From a bacterium (lineage in GTDB: Bacteria; UBA8248; JACPRG01; G963555815), in contig OZ244653.1 in NCBI GenBank assembly GCA_965218795.1, positions 4,128,001 through 4,192,000 of the forward strand: a stretch of 64,000 bases of DNA, given 5' to 3'. This document shows positions 36,118-47,064 of the stretch, one piece after another. The notes beneath the pieces are model-generated. The model was not told the DNA's origin. It did no database searches and saw nothing but the letters and a program-made list of their open reading frames with translations. The translations under genes and the position numbers were made by a program. Every line of letters begins with the position of its first letter. Positions within the stretch are counted from its first letter, which is position 1.

Positions 36118-37539
36118 ATGGCCAACGGAAACGGCTCCATGGACGTCGCCGTGCTCGGCGGCGGTCCGGGGGGCTACGCCGCGGCGTTTATGGCCGCCGA
36201 CCTGGGCAGGCAGGTCGCACTCATAGACCTGGAGGAAAACCCCGGAGGCGTGTGCCTGTACCGGGGCTGTATGCCCTCCAAGGTCCTTCTGCACCTCGCC
36301 AGGCTGATTCACGAATCGCGCGAGGCAGAGGTCTGCGGTATCACCTTCGGCGCGCCTGCAATCGACCTCGACAAGATGCGGGCCTGGAAGGACAGCGTGG
36401 TGGCCAAGCTGACCTCCGGGACGGGACAGCTCTCAAAGGCCCGCGGCGTTCGGTACGTCCGGGGCCGGGGAAGGTTCGAGAACGCAAAGCAGATCCGGGT
36501 CGAGCTCGAGGCGGGCGGCGAGGAGGTCATTTCTTTCGGACACGCCGTCGTGGCTACCGGCTCGCGGCCCGCGGCGCCCGCCCTCAAGTCCGGCCTCGTG
36601 ATGGATTCGACCTCGGCGCTGGCGCTGGAGGACATCCCCGGCACCCTGCTGGTGGTCGGCGGCGGCTACATCGGGCTGGAGATCGGCAGCGTGTACGCCG
36701 CGCTCGGCTCCAAGGTCACCGTCGTTGAGATGACCTCCGGGCTGCTGCCCGGAACGGACCGCGACCTGGTCAACATCCTCGCCAAGCGGCTCGGGGGGGT
36801 GATGGAGGAAATCCTGCTGAACACCCGCGTGGCCGAGATGGAGGAGGCCGGCGGCGGCCTCCGGGTAAGGCTGGAAGGGGAAAAGGTCGAAAACCCGGAG
36901 CGCACGTTCGACCGGGCGCTGGTCTCGGTCGGCCGGGTGCCCAATACTGCGGACCTGGGTTTGGAGAACACGAAAGTCGAGGTCGGAGAGGACGGGTTCA
37001 TCGTGACGGACGTCCAGCGGCGGACCGCAGAGCCGTCCGTCTTCGCCGTCGGCGACGTGGCGGGCGATCCGATGCTCGCCCACAAAGCGACCCGCGAGGG
37101 CCGGGTGGCGGCCGAGGTGATCGCGGGCCAGAAGGCGGCCTTCGAGCCCAACGCCATTCCCGCGGTGGTCTTCACCGATCCGGAGATTGCCTGGTGCGGC
37201 CTGACGGAAACACAGGCCAAGGCGGATCGGATCCCCGTCAAGGCGGTGCGATTTCCGTGGGCGGCCTCCGGGCGCGCCCAGACCCTGGGCCTGAACGACG
37301 GCGTGACGAAACTGTTAATCGACCCGGAGACCGAGCGGGTCCTGGGCGTCGGAATCTGCGGGACCGGCGCGGGGGAGCTGATCGCCGAGGGGGTGCTCGC
37401 GGTGGAGATGGCCGCCCTGGCCTCCGACGTGTCCCTGAGCATCCACCCGCATCCGACGCTCTCGGAGACGCTCATGGAGGCGGCGGATACCCTGTTCGGC
37501 ACCAGCACGCACATCTACCGCCCGAAGCGGGGAAAGTAA
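36118..37539 (+). CDS. lpdA: Dihydrolipoyl dehydrogenase E3
   Basis: GGGPGGY, GGVCLYRGCMPSK, GGGYIGLE, HPHPTLSE. Confidence 0.96.
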   Translation: MANGNGSMDVAVLGGGPGGYAAAFMAADLGRQVALIDLEENPGGVCLYRGCMPSKVLLHLARLIHESREAEVCGITFGAPAIDLDKMRAWKDSVVAKLTSGTGQLSKARGVRYVRGRGRFENAKQIRVELEAGGEEVISFGHAVVATGSRPAAPALKSGLVMDSTSALALEDIPGTLLVVGGGYIGLEIGSVYAALGSKVTVVEMTSGLLPGTDRDLVNILAKRLGGVMEEILLNTRVAEMEEAGGGLRVRLEGEKVENPERTFDRALVSVGRVPNTADLGLENTKVEVGEDGFIVTDVQRRTAEPSVFAVGDVAGDPMLAHKATREGRVAAEVIAGQKAAFEPNAIPAVVFTDPEIAWCGLTETQAKADRIPVKAVRFPWAASGRAQTLGLNDGVTKLLIDPETERVLGVGICGTGAGELIAEGVLAVEMAALASDVSLSIHPHPTLSETLMEAADTLFGTSTHIYRPKRGK

Positions 37540-37686
37540 TCCCGGCTCGACTGGACGCGGTTTCGCAGGGACCGCGAGGCCGGATCGTCAACCTTCTCAT
37601 TTTGGAGCCTTTTCCCGCTGGTGTAGAATAAGAGTGTTTGTAAAAGAATCCCCCTGTCCGGCCCCAACCCTTGGAGAGCGATCCCA

Positions 37687-38352
37687 ATGAAATTTTTCCT
37701 GGATACGGCGGACGTTGAAGAGATTCGGGAAGGCGTTGACCTGGGCGTCATCGACGGGGTGACGACCAACCCCAGCCTGATCGCCCGCCAGGGCAAGGAC
37801 TATCAGAAGGCTCTGGAGGAAGTCTGCGAGATCTGCAAGGGGCCCGTGAGCGCTGAGGTGCTGAGCGAGGATTTCGAGGGGATGCTCGTGGAGGGACGCG
37901 ATCTATCCAGCATTGCCGAGAACATCGTCGTCAAGGTTCCGCTGGGGGCCAACGGGATCAAGGCCACCTGCAGGTTCAGCGAAGAGGGCATCCCCGTCAA
38001 CGTCACGCTCTGTTTCTCGCCCACCCAGGCCCTCTTGGCGGCCAAGGCGGGGGCGAGTTACATCAGCCCCTTCGTCGGCCGGCTGGACGACATCAGCACG
38101 CCGGGGATGACCCTGGTGGAGGATATTGGCGCCATTTACGAGAATTACGGACTCGAGACGGAGGTTCTGGTGGCCAGTATACGCGGTCCGGTGCACGTCC
38201 TTCAGGCCGCTTTGGCGGGAGCTGATGTAGCAACCATGCCGTTCGCCGTCCTGAAGCAGATGCTCCAGCATCCGCTTACGGACAAGGGATTGAAAAAATT
38301 CCTGGCCGATTGGGAGGCGGCGAATCGAAACTTCATGACGGAGAAACAATAG
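37687..38352 (+). CDS. tal: Transaldolase/fructose-6-phosphate aldolase (small type)
   Basis: [45 protein letters not shown]. Confidence 0.93.
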   Translation: MKFFLDTADVEEIREGVDLGVIDGVTTNPSLIARQGKDYQKALEEVCEICKGPVSAEVLSEDFEGMLVEGRDLSSIAENIVVKVPLGANGIKATCRFSEEGIPVNVTLCFSPTQALLAAKAGASYISPFVGRLDDISTPGMTLVEDIGAIYENYGLETEVLVASIRGPVHVLQAALAGADVATMPFAVLKQMLQHPLTDKGLKKFLADWEAANRNFMTEKQ

Positions 38353-38361
38353 GAAACGACG

Positions 38362-38598
38362 ATGCCCATCTATGAATACGTCTGTTCCAAGTGTGACGCC
38401 GAGTTCGAGAGGCTGACCCTCGGCTCGGCTGAAAACAGGAAGAATGAAGTGGACTGCCCGTTCTGCGGAGCGGCCGAGGTCTCCAAGAAGTTTTCCAGCT
38501 TCGCCGTGAAGTCCGACTACGTTCCCATCTCCGCCGCGGCCGGCAAGCCGGCGGGGGGAGGAGGGGGCTGTTGCGGAGGCTTTTGCGGCTGTAAGTGA
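38362..38598 (+). CDS. FmdB-family zinc-ribbon protein
   Basis: MPIYEYVCSKC...CPFCG; Gly/Cys-rich tail GGCCGGFCGC. Confidence 0.88.
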   Translation: MPIYEYVCSKCDAEFERLTLGSAENRKNEVDCPFCGAAEVSKKFSSFAVKSDYVPISAAAGKPAGGGGGCCGGFCGCK

Positions 38599-38647
38599 TG
38601 TCTTTCAGAGAGGGCCGGGCCCTATGCGCCCGGCCGGTCGGACCCCA

Positions 38648-38689
38648 GCCCGAGGGGTGGGCGGAAGCCATCCCGCGGGCTTTTCTTTT
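38648..38689 (+). terminator. Rho-independent terminator-like hairpin
   Basis: AGCCCGAGGGGTGG...CCATCCCGCGGGCT followed by TTTCTTTT. Confidence 0.5.
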
Positions 38690-38700
38690 CGACGCCCCTT

Positions 38701-39630
38701 ATGACGCCATCCGCAGGCAACGTCGTCGAGGCCAGAGACCTCGTCAAGCGATTCGGTCCGTTGACCGCCGTTGACGGAATCCGCTTCGACGTGAGGGAGA
38801 AGGAATGCTTCGGCTTCCTCGGGCCCAACGGCGCGGGGAAGACCTCGACGATGAAGATGATTTACTGCGCCTCGCCCGTCACGGGAGGGTCGCTGCGCGT
38901 CCTGGGGATGGACGTGGGGACCTCGGCCCGAAGGATCAAGTCGCGGCTGGGTGTTGTCCCCCAAGAGAACAACCTGGACCCGGATTTGCCCGTGCGCCGC
39001 AACCTGATCACCTACGCCCGGTACTTCGGCCTCCCTGCGAAGGAGGCCGGGGAAAGGGCGGACCGGCTGCTCAGCGATCTGGATCTGGCCGGGCGGGCCG
39101 GCGACAAGGTGGACGTCCTGTCCGGCGGGATGAAGAGGCGGCTGCTCATCGCCCGCGGACTGATCAACCGGCCGGACCTCCTGATTCTGGACGAGCCCAC
39201 GACGGGTCTGGACCCGCAGGGCCGCCACCTCATCTGGCAGCGCCTCCGCCGGCTCAAGCGCGAGGGGGTCACCCTTCTGCTCACTACGCACTACATGGAT
39301 GAGGCGGCGCAGCTCTGCGACCGAATCGTCGTGATCGACCGGGGCAAGGTGCTGATCGATGGAAAACCCGCCGAGCTCGTCGAGCGTGAGGTCGGCCGGG
39401 AGGTCGTGGAGCTTCGGTTGGAGGAGGGGGAGGAGGCGCGGGCGCTCGCTCTCGTTTCGGGCAACCCCTTCAAAGCCGAGCGGGCGGGGGACACGCTTTA
39501 CCTCTACACCGACCGGGCCATCGAGATCATGGGGCGCCTGAAGGAGGCCGGTTACCGGCACCTGCACTACCGGCCGGCTTCGCTGGAAGACCTCTTTTTG
39601 AAACTGACGGGAAGGGAGCTGCGGGATTGA
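38701..39630 (+). CDS. ABC-2 exporter ATP-binding protein (NodI-like)
   Basis: GPNGAGKT, LSGGMKRRL, LDEPTTGLDPQ, TTHYMDEA. Confidence 0.92.
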   Translation: MTPSAGNVVEARDLVKRFGPLTAVDGIRFDVREKECFGFLGPNGAGKTSTMKMIYCASPVTGGSLRVLGMDVGTSARRIKSRLGVVPQENNLDPDLPVRRNLITYARYFGLPAKEAGERADRLLSDLDLAGRAGDKVDVLSGGMKRRLLIARGLINRPDLLILDEPTTGLDPQGRHLIWQRLRRLKREGVTLLLTTHYMDEAAQLCDRIVVIDRGKVLIDGKPAELVEREVGREVVELRLEEGEEARALALVSGNPFKAERAGDTLYLYTDRAIEIMGRLKEAGYRHLHYRPASLEDLFLKLTGRELRD

Positions 39631-40409
39631 ACGGGTTGTCGATCATCCCCGACGTCTCGGCGGGGTTTCTCCGCGTTTGGCGGCGGAACCTGGACTCCTT
39701 TCGCGGCTACTACCTGGCCGCTATGGTGGCCAACGTGGGCGAGCACCTGATCTATCTTTTGGGCATGGGTCTCGGTGTGGGGGCCTACGTCACGCTGGGC
39801 GGAAGCGTCTCCTATCTCCAGTACATCGCTCCGGGCCTGGTGGCGTCCTCGGCCATGTGGTCCTCATCGATGGAATGCACGTACGGCGCCTTCACCCGGA
39901 TGCACGAGCAAAAGACCTACGACGCCGTCCTGGCCACGCCGTGCTCGGTTGCGGACGTCGTCCTGGGCGACATCCTGTGGGGCGGATGCAGGGCCGTCAT
40001 GAGCGCTTTCACGATGCTGCTCGTCATGGCCGTCTTCGGCGTGATCGGCTCCCCCTGGGCGTCGGGTGTCCTCGTCCTGATGTTCCTGACAGGGCTGGTG
40101 TTTTCGTCCCTGGGCATGATGGCCACGTCGCTTTCGCCGTCGTATTTCTTCTTCAATTATCACTTCACCATCGTGGTCACGCCGATGATCTTTCTGTCCG
40201 GAATCTTTTTCCCCCGCGAGGGGGCCGGCGCGGCGTTCGAATGGATCACGTGGTTCCTGCCCCTCAGTCACTCGGTGGCGGGCGCCCGCGCTCTGAACGA
40301 GGGCCGCGTCCTTTGGGAGGCCCCCGCGGCCGTCCTGTGGTTGGCCGTCGCCGCCGCGATCCTGATTCCCATCGCGGTGCTCATGATCCGAAGGCGGATC
40401 GTCAAATGA
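39627..40409 (+). CDS. ABC-2 exporter permease (NodJ-like)
   Basis: VWRRN, YLQYIAPG, FTRMHEQKTYDAVLATP, FLSGIFFP, LPLSH. Confidence 0.9.
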   Translation: MNGLSIIPDVSAGFLRVWRRNLDSFRGYYLAAMVANVGEHLIYLLGMGLGVGAYVTLGGSVSYLQYIAPGLVASSAMWSSSMECTYGAFTRMHEQKTYDAVLATPCSVADVVLGDILWGGCRAVMSAFTMLLVMAVFGVIGSPWASGVLVLMFLTGLVFSSLGMMATSLSPSYFFFNYHFTIVVTPMIFLSGIFFPREGAGAAFEWITWFLPLSHSVAGARALNEGRVLWEAPAAVLWLAVAAAILIPIAVLMIRRRIVK

Positions 40410-41323
40410 CGGATGCGACCCGTTCCCATTGGCGGCCCGGGGTTCCGCTCGACCTGGGCGCGACGGTTGGACGGTTTACCGTCTCGGCCGACGAGCCCGT
40501 CAATCGGTTCGACGGGGAGACCTTTGAGCGGGTTCTGGAAGCGGAGGGCGGGAAGCTGTACGTGCTGCGGGTTCGTGCGGCCGGGTCCGCGTTGCGCGTG
40601 GAGGTCCGTCCACCGGTCCGGGATCGGCGGACCCTCGCCGGGTTCAGGAAAACCCTGTTCCATATCCTGGGCGTAGGGGACGACCTGGCGGCCTTCGGAC
40701 GGCTCGCCAGGAAGGACCCGGTCCTCCGGCCCCTCCTCCGCAGGTTTCACGGCCTGCGCATTGCGCGCGTGCCCACGCTGTTTGAGGCCCTGGTCACGGC
40801 CGTGACCGCACAGCAGATCAACCTTGCCTTCGCCGGTACAGTCCGTGCCCGGATGGTGCGCGCATTCGGGCGATCGATCAAAATGGAGGGAACGGCCCGT
40901 TACGATTTTCCCGCGCCGAAGGCCTTGGCCCGGGCATCGGAGGCCGGCCTGCGGCGGATGCAGTTCAGCGGCGCGAAGGCGCGGACGGTCATCGGTTTAG
41001 CCCGTGCGTTCGCCGACGGCGAAATGGACGGTATCGACGCCCTGCCGACCCTCGAGGCGATCGAGCGGCTGACCGCGTTCAAGGGCGTTGGGCGGTGGAC
41101 GGCCGAGACGGGGCTGCTGCGGGGGTTGGGCCGCCTGGACGCCTTTCCCGCCGACGATCTGGCGATCCGCAAGCTCATCGCGGAGCGTTACGGGGGGGAT
41201 TCGGCTCAGGCCAAGACCCCCAAGGCCCAGGGAGAAGCGGCGCGCCGGATCGCCGAGCGCTGGGGGCTCTTCGCGCCCTATGCGGTGACGTACCTCTTCC
41301 ACGCGCAGCGGGCGGGGTTTTGA
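40406..41323 (+). CDS. alkA: DNA-3-methyladenine glycosylase II (HhH-GPD family)
   Basis: FEALVTAVTAQQI, FPAP, KGVGRWTAE, FPADDL; start trimmed to ATG 40406, overlapping the permease stop. Confidence 0.88.
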   Translation: MTDATRSHWRPGVPLDLGATVGRFTVSADEPVNRFDGETFERVLEAEGGKLYVLRVRAAGSALRVEVRPPVRDRRTLAGFRKTLFHILGVGDDLAAFGRLARKDPVLRPLLRRFHGLRIARVPTLFEALVTAVTAQQINLAFAGTVRARMVRAFGRSIKMEGTARYDFPAPKALARASEAGLRRMQFSGAKARTVIGLARAFADGEMDGIDALPTLEAIERLTAFKGVGRWTAETGLLRGLGRLDAFPADDLAIRKLIAERYGGDSAQAKTPKAQGEAARRIAERWGLFAPYAVTYLFHAQRAGF

Positions 41324-41430
41324 TTCCGACTCCAGTCTGAACGAGGGCGGGACAGGCCTTTTGCTTTTCCGGTCATTCCTCCAGGAAGAGTGATCCGAAT
41401 CGAATTCGAGAGAGACGTCATGAGGCCGTC

Positions 41431-42594
41431 ATGCTGATCCGTGAGGAAATGGAAAGCCGGGAGGCGGAGCACCTGGCGCGGTACGCCGTCCATTCGGGGA
41501 GAACCCGCGGGCGGACCTACGCCGAGGAGGAGCACCCGTTCCGCACGGCCTTTCAGCGCGACCGGGACCGCATCGTCCACTCTCGCGCCTTCCGGCGGCT
41601 GGAATACAAGACCCAGGTCTTCGTCTACCACGAGGGGGATCACTACCGCACCCGGCTGACCCACACCCTTGAGGCGGCCTCGGTGGCCCGGGCCGTCTCC
41701 CGCGCCCTCCGGCTGAACGAGGACTTGGCCGAGGCGATCGCCCTGGCCCACGACCTGGGCCACCCGCCCTTCGGGCATTCGGGCGAGACCGTTCTCGACC
41801 GGCTGATGAGGGACCACGGGGGTTTCGAGCACAACCTCCAGGGGCTGCGGGTCGTGGAGAAGCTGGAGGACCGCTATCCCGACTTCCCGGGACTGAACCT
41901 GACGTGGGAGACGCGGGAAGGCATCATGAAGCACAACACCCCGTACGACAACCCGCAGGTTCGTGAGCGTTATCAGGAGCTGGAGCCCGACCTGGCTCCC
42001 AGCCTGGAGGCTCGGATCGCCGACCTCTCCGACGAGATTGCCTACAACAATCACGACATTGACGACGGCCTCTCCTCGGAGCTTCTGCATCTGGAGGACC
42101 TGGCGGACGTGGATCTGTGGCGGGAGAATTTCGATCGCATTCGGGAGCGGTCTCCCAAATCCTCAATGCGCGTACTCAAGCACCAGACCATCCGCAGCAT
42201 CATCAACGTGCTCGTAACCGACGTCGTGGATTACGCCGAGCGGCGTATCGGAGGGATGGGCATCGAAACGCTGAAGGACGTCCGGGGGTGCCGCGAGGAA
42301 GTCGTCTGCTACAGCCCCGAAGTGGCGGAAAAGAGCAAACAGCTCAAGGAATTCCTGTACCGCAGGATGTACCGGAACTACCGGGTCGTCCGGATGGAAG
42401 ACAAGACCGAGCGCATCCTCACCGACCTGTTTCACGCCTACCTGAACCGGCAAGAGCAGCTTCCCACCCACATCTATCAGAAGTGCAAGACGGAGACGCC
42501 CGAGCGGGTCGTCTGCGACTATATCGCCGGCATGACCGACCGCTTCGCCCAGGACGAGCACCGCAAGCTCTTCGACCCCCACGCCCGGGTGTGA
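41431..42594 (+). CDS. dgt: Deoxyguanosinetriphosphate triphosphohydrolase
   Basis: FQRDRDRIVHSRAFRRLEYKTQVF, RTRLTHTLE, AHDLGHPPFGH, DYIAGMTD. Confidence 0.96.
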   Translation: MLIREEMESREAEHLARYAVHSGRTRGRTYAEEEHPFRTAFQRDRDRIVHSRAFRRLEYKTQVFVYHEGDHYRTRLTHTLEAASVARAVSRALRLNEDLAEAIALAHDLGHPPFGHSGETVLDRLMRDHGGFEHNLQGLRVVEKLEDRYPDFPGLNLTWETREGIMKHNTPYDNPQVRERYQELEPDLAPSLEARIADLSDEIAYNNHDIDDGLSSELLHLEDLADVDLWRENFDRIRERSPKSSMRVLKHQTIRSIINVLVTDVVDYAERRIGGMGIETLKDVRGCREEVVCYSPEVAEKSKQLKEFLYRRMYRNYRVVRMEDKTERILTDLFHAYLNRQEQLPTHIYQKCKTETPERVVCDYIAGMTDRFAQDEHRKLFDPHARV

Positions 42595-43237
42595 CGCAGG
42601 ATCGGGCTCGGAGGCGGATCCGGTGGAAGGGAGGCCCCCGCGGGTGGAGCCACCGGCATCTTTCGAGACGAGGACAACCATGGCGAAACTCATCACCGGG
42701 CGACCTGGGATCAATAGCCGAACAGGCCCTGATTCATTGGCTTGAAAGCATGATTCAATCAAGGGACCGTGAATCGAAGGTACATTGGAGTCTCCTGAAT
42801 GCGCACGGGAACTCCAACGCGCCAGGCCGGGCCGCTTGAAAGCCGCGTTCAGCCTTGACGGCGGGAATGGACCGAAATACGGTCGGGAGGCAGCTCGATG
42901 ATCGACTCGAAGAACGAAATTCGTGACGGCATGCGGATTGATTGGGACGCCCCCGTCGAGATGGACGACGGTGTCGTCATGCGGACCGATTCGTTGCGTC
43001 TCTCCATGAAGTGAATATAGAGTGAACAAAATTATTGGGCAAGCCCACACCGAGCAAAGCAATAGGCCAGTGTCCTTATCGGGTATAGAGCACAACATAT
43101 CGCGAAATTAATGCCTTGAACTACAGCAACTCGGGCACCATATAGCATTTCGCTGCGCGCCAAATCAGGCGGTCGGCCATGTTTGCGAGGAGGGTAGGGT
43201 CTTTTCTCGTTTTCCGAAAACTGATGGAGAAAGGCAA

Positions 43238-43528
43238 ATGCCTGAAAGTCGATCTCACAAGACCACCGCGAATCGGCTGGCTGATATGTACAACACAGAA
43301 TACAACCAAGGACAGGGACCCGACATCAAGACCCAGAACATCACGATCGAAGTCGAGACGCCCGAGAGCGTCGCTGACGCCGGTCGCCAACTCGGTGGGC
43401 ACCGGGGACCAGTCTATGTGGCTGGAACCAATAAGGAGGCGGTTGAAAGTGCTCTTGAGCGTTATGGCGACTCCACCATTGGCGTGATGGACAATCAAGG
43501 AAAAATCATCAAGCCTTCGTCACGATAG
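43238..43528 (+). CDS. Small protein with a PD-(D/E)xK-like motif
   Basis: GGAGAAAGG RBS; H...GPDI....IEVET pattern; lower GC. Confidence 0.6.
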   Translation: MPESRSHKTTANRLADMYNTEYNQGQGPDIKTQNITIEVETPESVADAGRQLGGHRGPVYVAGTNKEAVESALERYGDSTIGVMDNQGKIIKPSSR

Positions 43529-43757
43529 CTGCCCATCAAGAAATGTGTGGGACTTCCGATCAAACACTGACGACCGACAAGCACGGTTCGCTGAAAGACT
43601 CCGGGATATTATTGAAATAACGGAGATTTTCTGGTTGAGGGGGCACGTATAGGCCGAGACCGACATCTAATCTCAGTCTCAATATGATTGCTGGGCGCAT
43701 CTCGTATGGCGGAGTAACGGATTGCGGCGCTTGGCCGATTTCAAGGGACCATTCGTG

Positions 43758-45607
43758 ATGAAGAGAATCCTTGGAGATGCCAAATCAGTTTGCTCCCTTC
43801 TCAGCCAGAAGTACCGGATCGGCTATTACCAGCGGGACTACAAGTGGGAGCCGAAACAGATCAGGGAACTGGTCGAGGACCTGACGACCCGCTTCCTCCA
43901 GGACTTCGAGCCGCACCACGAACGCAGCGCCGTGGCCCAGTACGGGCAATACTTACTCGGCTCGATTATCATCTCCGAGAAGAACGGCGAGCGGTTCATC
44001 GTGGACGGTCAGCAGCGCCTGACCTCACTCACTCTGCTGCTCGTCTATCTCGACCGGCTCCAGCGGGATCGGGCCTCCGATGATCAGGTCGATGTAGCCA
44101 ACCTCATCTACTCGACCAAATTCGGGAAGAAGTCCTTCAACCTCGACGTGGACGAACGGAACGCCTGCCTCCAAGCACTGATTGACAGCGAGATCCCGGA
44201 TCCGACCGACCAGCCACCTTCGGTCCAGAATCTGATCAATCGGTTCAACGACATCGCGGACATCTGCCCGAATGAACTCCGAGAGGAAGCGCTGCCCTAC
44301 TTCCTCGACTGGCTGACCGAAAACGTCATGCTGGTGGAGATTACGGCGTTCTCGGACGACGACGCCTATACGATCTTCGAGACGATGAACGACCGGGGTC
44401 TGTCACTTACGCCCACCGACATGCTGAAGGGCTACCTCCTTGCCAGCATCACGGACAACGAGAGTCGCGCGCCCAGGCCGAAGACGCCTGGAAGCACCAG
44501 ATGGCCAAGCTGCGCGACCTCGGCAAGGACGAGGACGCCGACTGCATCAAGGCTTGGCTCCGCAGCCAATATGCCGACAAGATCAGGGAACGAAAGGCAG
44601 GCGCACAACCCGAAGACTTTGACAAGCAGGGCACCGAATTCCACCGCTGGGTGCGCGAGAACCGCCACCGGATCGGCCTCTCCGACAGCGCGGGTTTCAC
44701 GTCATTTGTCACGAAACATTTTCGGTTCCACGTCCGAGCTTACGCCAAGGCCCGATACGCCGCCGACAACTACACCGATAGGCTCACCTCGATCTTCTTC
44801 AACGCCCAGAACAGCTTCACCCTGCAATATCCGCTGATGCTCGCTCCTCTGCGGTTTAGCGACGATGAAGAGACGGTGCAGCGCAAGATGCACCTCGTTC
44901 GACCTTCATCGAGATCATGCTGGCCCGGCGCATGTGGAACTTCAAGGCCATCGACCATTCCACCATGCAGTATCGCGCGTTCCTGATCATGAAGGGTATC
45001 CGGGGGCTGGAGCTTGAGGCGCTTCGCGATGATCTCGCTCGCCGTCTGTCGCCAGAGGGGGCGGAGCGGGACGACTATATCGACTTCCAGACCGGGGAGG
45101 CCTTCCGACTGCACGGCACCAACGGGCCCCAGGTCCATCGCCAGCTCGCCCGGCTGACGGAGTTCCTGGAGGTCCAGTCGGGCGAGGCACCGCGGTATCC
45201 GGAATACGCCAACCGCTCCTCTCGCAAGGGCGGCTATCAGATCGAGCACATTTTGGCAGACCACCCGGAGTGGCATGAGGACGAGTTCACCCACCCGGCG
45301 GATTTCGCCGCCTACCGCAACCGGGTCGGCGGGCTGGTGCTGCTCCCCGCTGGGGAGAACGCCAGCTATTCCGACATGATATATACCAAGAAGGTCACCC
45401 ACTACGCCAAGCAGAACCTCTTGGCCTGCTCGCTCCACCCCATCGCCTATGAGAACAAGCCTGGCTTCCAGAAGTTTCGCGAGGCAACGGGAGCTACCCT
45501 TCAAGGCCAAGACGGACTTCCTCAAGGCCGACCTGGACGAGCGTCAGGCGCTCTACATCGCGCTGGCTGACCTCTGCTGGTCGCCCGACCGGCTGAACGA
45601 GATTTGA
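43758..45607 (+). pseudogene. GmrSD-like type IV restriction protein (DUF262+DUF1524), three frameshifts as given
   Basis: YQRDYKW, VDGQQRLT, FETMNDRG; C-terminal IEHIL...GGLVLL...NAS; frame changes at ~44468 (GC repeat), ~44899 (TT) and ~45489 (GGG). Confidence 0.8.
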
Positions 45608-46160
45608 GGGTGGCAGCGGCGGGCCTCAGTAAGGATAGGTGGAAAGAGCAGGTCGGCGAACTGCTTGCGGAAAATTCGTAGTTCGCTTCCATCCGCCCGA
45701 TGGACCTGGTTTCCGCGGCCGCAGGATACGGCCCCATGCCTCTTCAAGCCTTCCAAAAGTCAATCATCAAGTAGGCTGTCCCGAGAATCCAGGGATGAGC
45801 GTCGCCCTGATCGGCCGTCTGCTCGGCCGCCGCCGGCATCAAGCACGGTCCATGCGCGCCCCTTGCAACCCCCTTGCAAGGGCTTTTCATGGGCATTTCC
45901 AGGCCGTTTAGAAATCATTCCGATCCCATTCTCAATGATTCGAGCTCCGTTGCAGCGAAGCCCCCCGAGCGGAGATCGGGGTGGATCGACGCGCCTGGTA
46001 GAAAAGCGCACCGGGGCTCAACAGGCCGCCTGCGCGGGAGCACGTGGTCATACGTCACCGTCATTCCGGCCGGGAGGACTGGGGACCGCTCCCATACGCA
46101 ATCGATGAGGCCGTGATCGGAATCCGCCGCGTTCGGATCGCTCTACGATCATCCAATGGT

Positions 46161-47048
46161 TCAGATTCCAAGAGTTTGCGCGGGATTCTCGACCATCATG
46201 GTCCGGAGTTCCTCCCGGCTGACCCCCTTCTCATAGAAGCACTGCGCAAGGACGCGGAGGCAGTCCGGCGGCATCGGGTTGTGACGCGGTCCGGTGTCCG
46301 AGATCATGATGAAGTGCCCGGCCCCGATCTCTTCCACCGCCTGACGCATCAACGCCAGGGATTGCCCCTCCCACGCCCAGAAGGGCGAGATGTTGCCGTA
46401 CTCCAACTCGCCGACGGCCCCCAGCGACGTCAGTTTCCTGACCTGATCGATGGACATGTGCGGGATCCTGAAAAAGGGGTGCTGGATGATGACCCGCCGC
46501 ACCCCGCGCTCCAACGCCGCGCGCACGAGGAGGTCGGAGTCCCCCGCCCCGAGATGCCCCGTCGCCAGGGCGGCCCGGTCGTCCAGGGCCAGGACATCCA
46601 GCACGTCCTGGCAGTCCTGCGTCAGCTTCCCGTCCTTCACGATCGAGATGGGCTCGACGCCCTTCGAGCCGCTCTTCTGCGTATCGTACCCGCCGGTGGA
46701 ACCGAAGACCCGGGCGTGCTCGTCCGCGTCCACCGTGGGCATCCAGACGGTCTTGGCGCCAAGGCGCACCGACGTCTCCACGGCGGACGGGTTGATGCCG
46801 CCGGCGTGCCGGTTGAGGACGATCCCCCCGTACACGTCGATATCGTCGAATTGCCGGCTCACGTCGTAGGCGCGCCCGACGGTCGACTCGAAGTGGCACT
46901 TGATGACGACGGCCCGCATCCCCAGCTCCCGCGCGCGCTCGGCCAGCCCCCGGTCGTCTGTGATCCGCGGAAACAGGTCGGGGTAGGGGTGGCAGTGCAG
47001 ATCGATGGCCCCTTCCATGGTGACGAGATCGGGGATCATCCGTTTCAT
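46161..47048 (-). CDS. Metal-dependent amidohydrolase-fold protein (DUF6282-like), paralog 2
   Basis: IDLHCHPYP, VVIKCH, GGIVLN, WMPT, SDTG; clearly homologous to 8821..9804. Confidence 0.8.
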   Translation of the reverse strand: MKRMIPDLVTMEGAIDLHCHPYPDLFPRITDDRGLAERARELGMRAVVIKCHFESTVGRAYDVSRQFDDIDVYGGIVLNRHAGGINPSAVETSVRLGAKTVWMPTVDADEHARVFGSTGGYDTQKSGSKGVEPISIVKDGKLTQDCQDVLDVLALDDRAALATGHLGAGDSDLLVRAALERGVRRVIIQHPFFRIPHMSIDQVRKLTSLGAVGELEYGNISPFWAWEGQSLALMRQAVEEIGAGHFIMISDTGPRHNPMPPDCLRVLAQCFYEKGVSREELRTMMVENPAQTLGI

Positions 47049-47064
47049 GTTTTCTGTGGATCCG

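Noticed and set aside
41431-42594. dGTPase as an anti-phage effector
   Set aside because: Host-like GC and housekeeping-type sequence in a core operon
42595-43237. Possible gene remnant or attachment site after dgt (RBS + MAKLIT...; ORF 42163..43098-)
   Set aside because: No recognisable domain, tRNA or flanking direct repeat found by eye
45860-45945. CTTGCAA..TTGCAAG palindrome and Fur-box-like AT-rich stretch
   Set aside because: Weak match, lying between convergent genes with no gene to regulate
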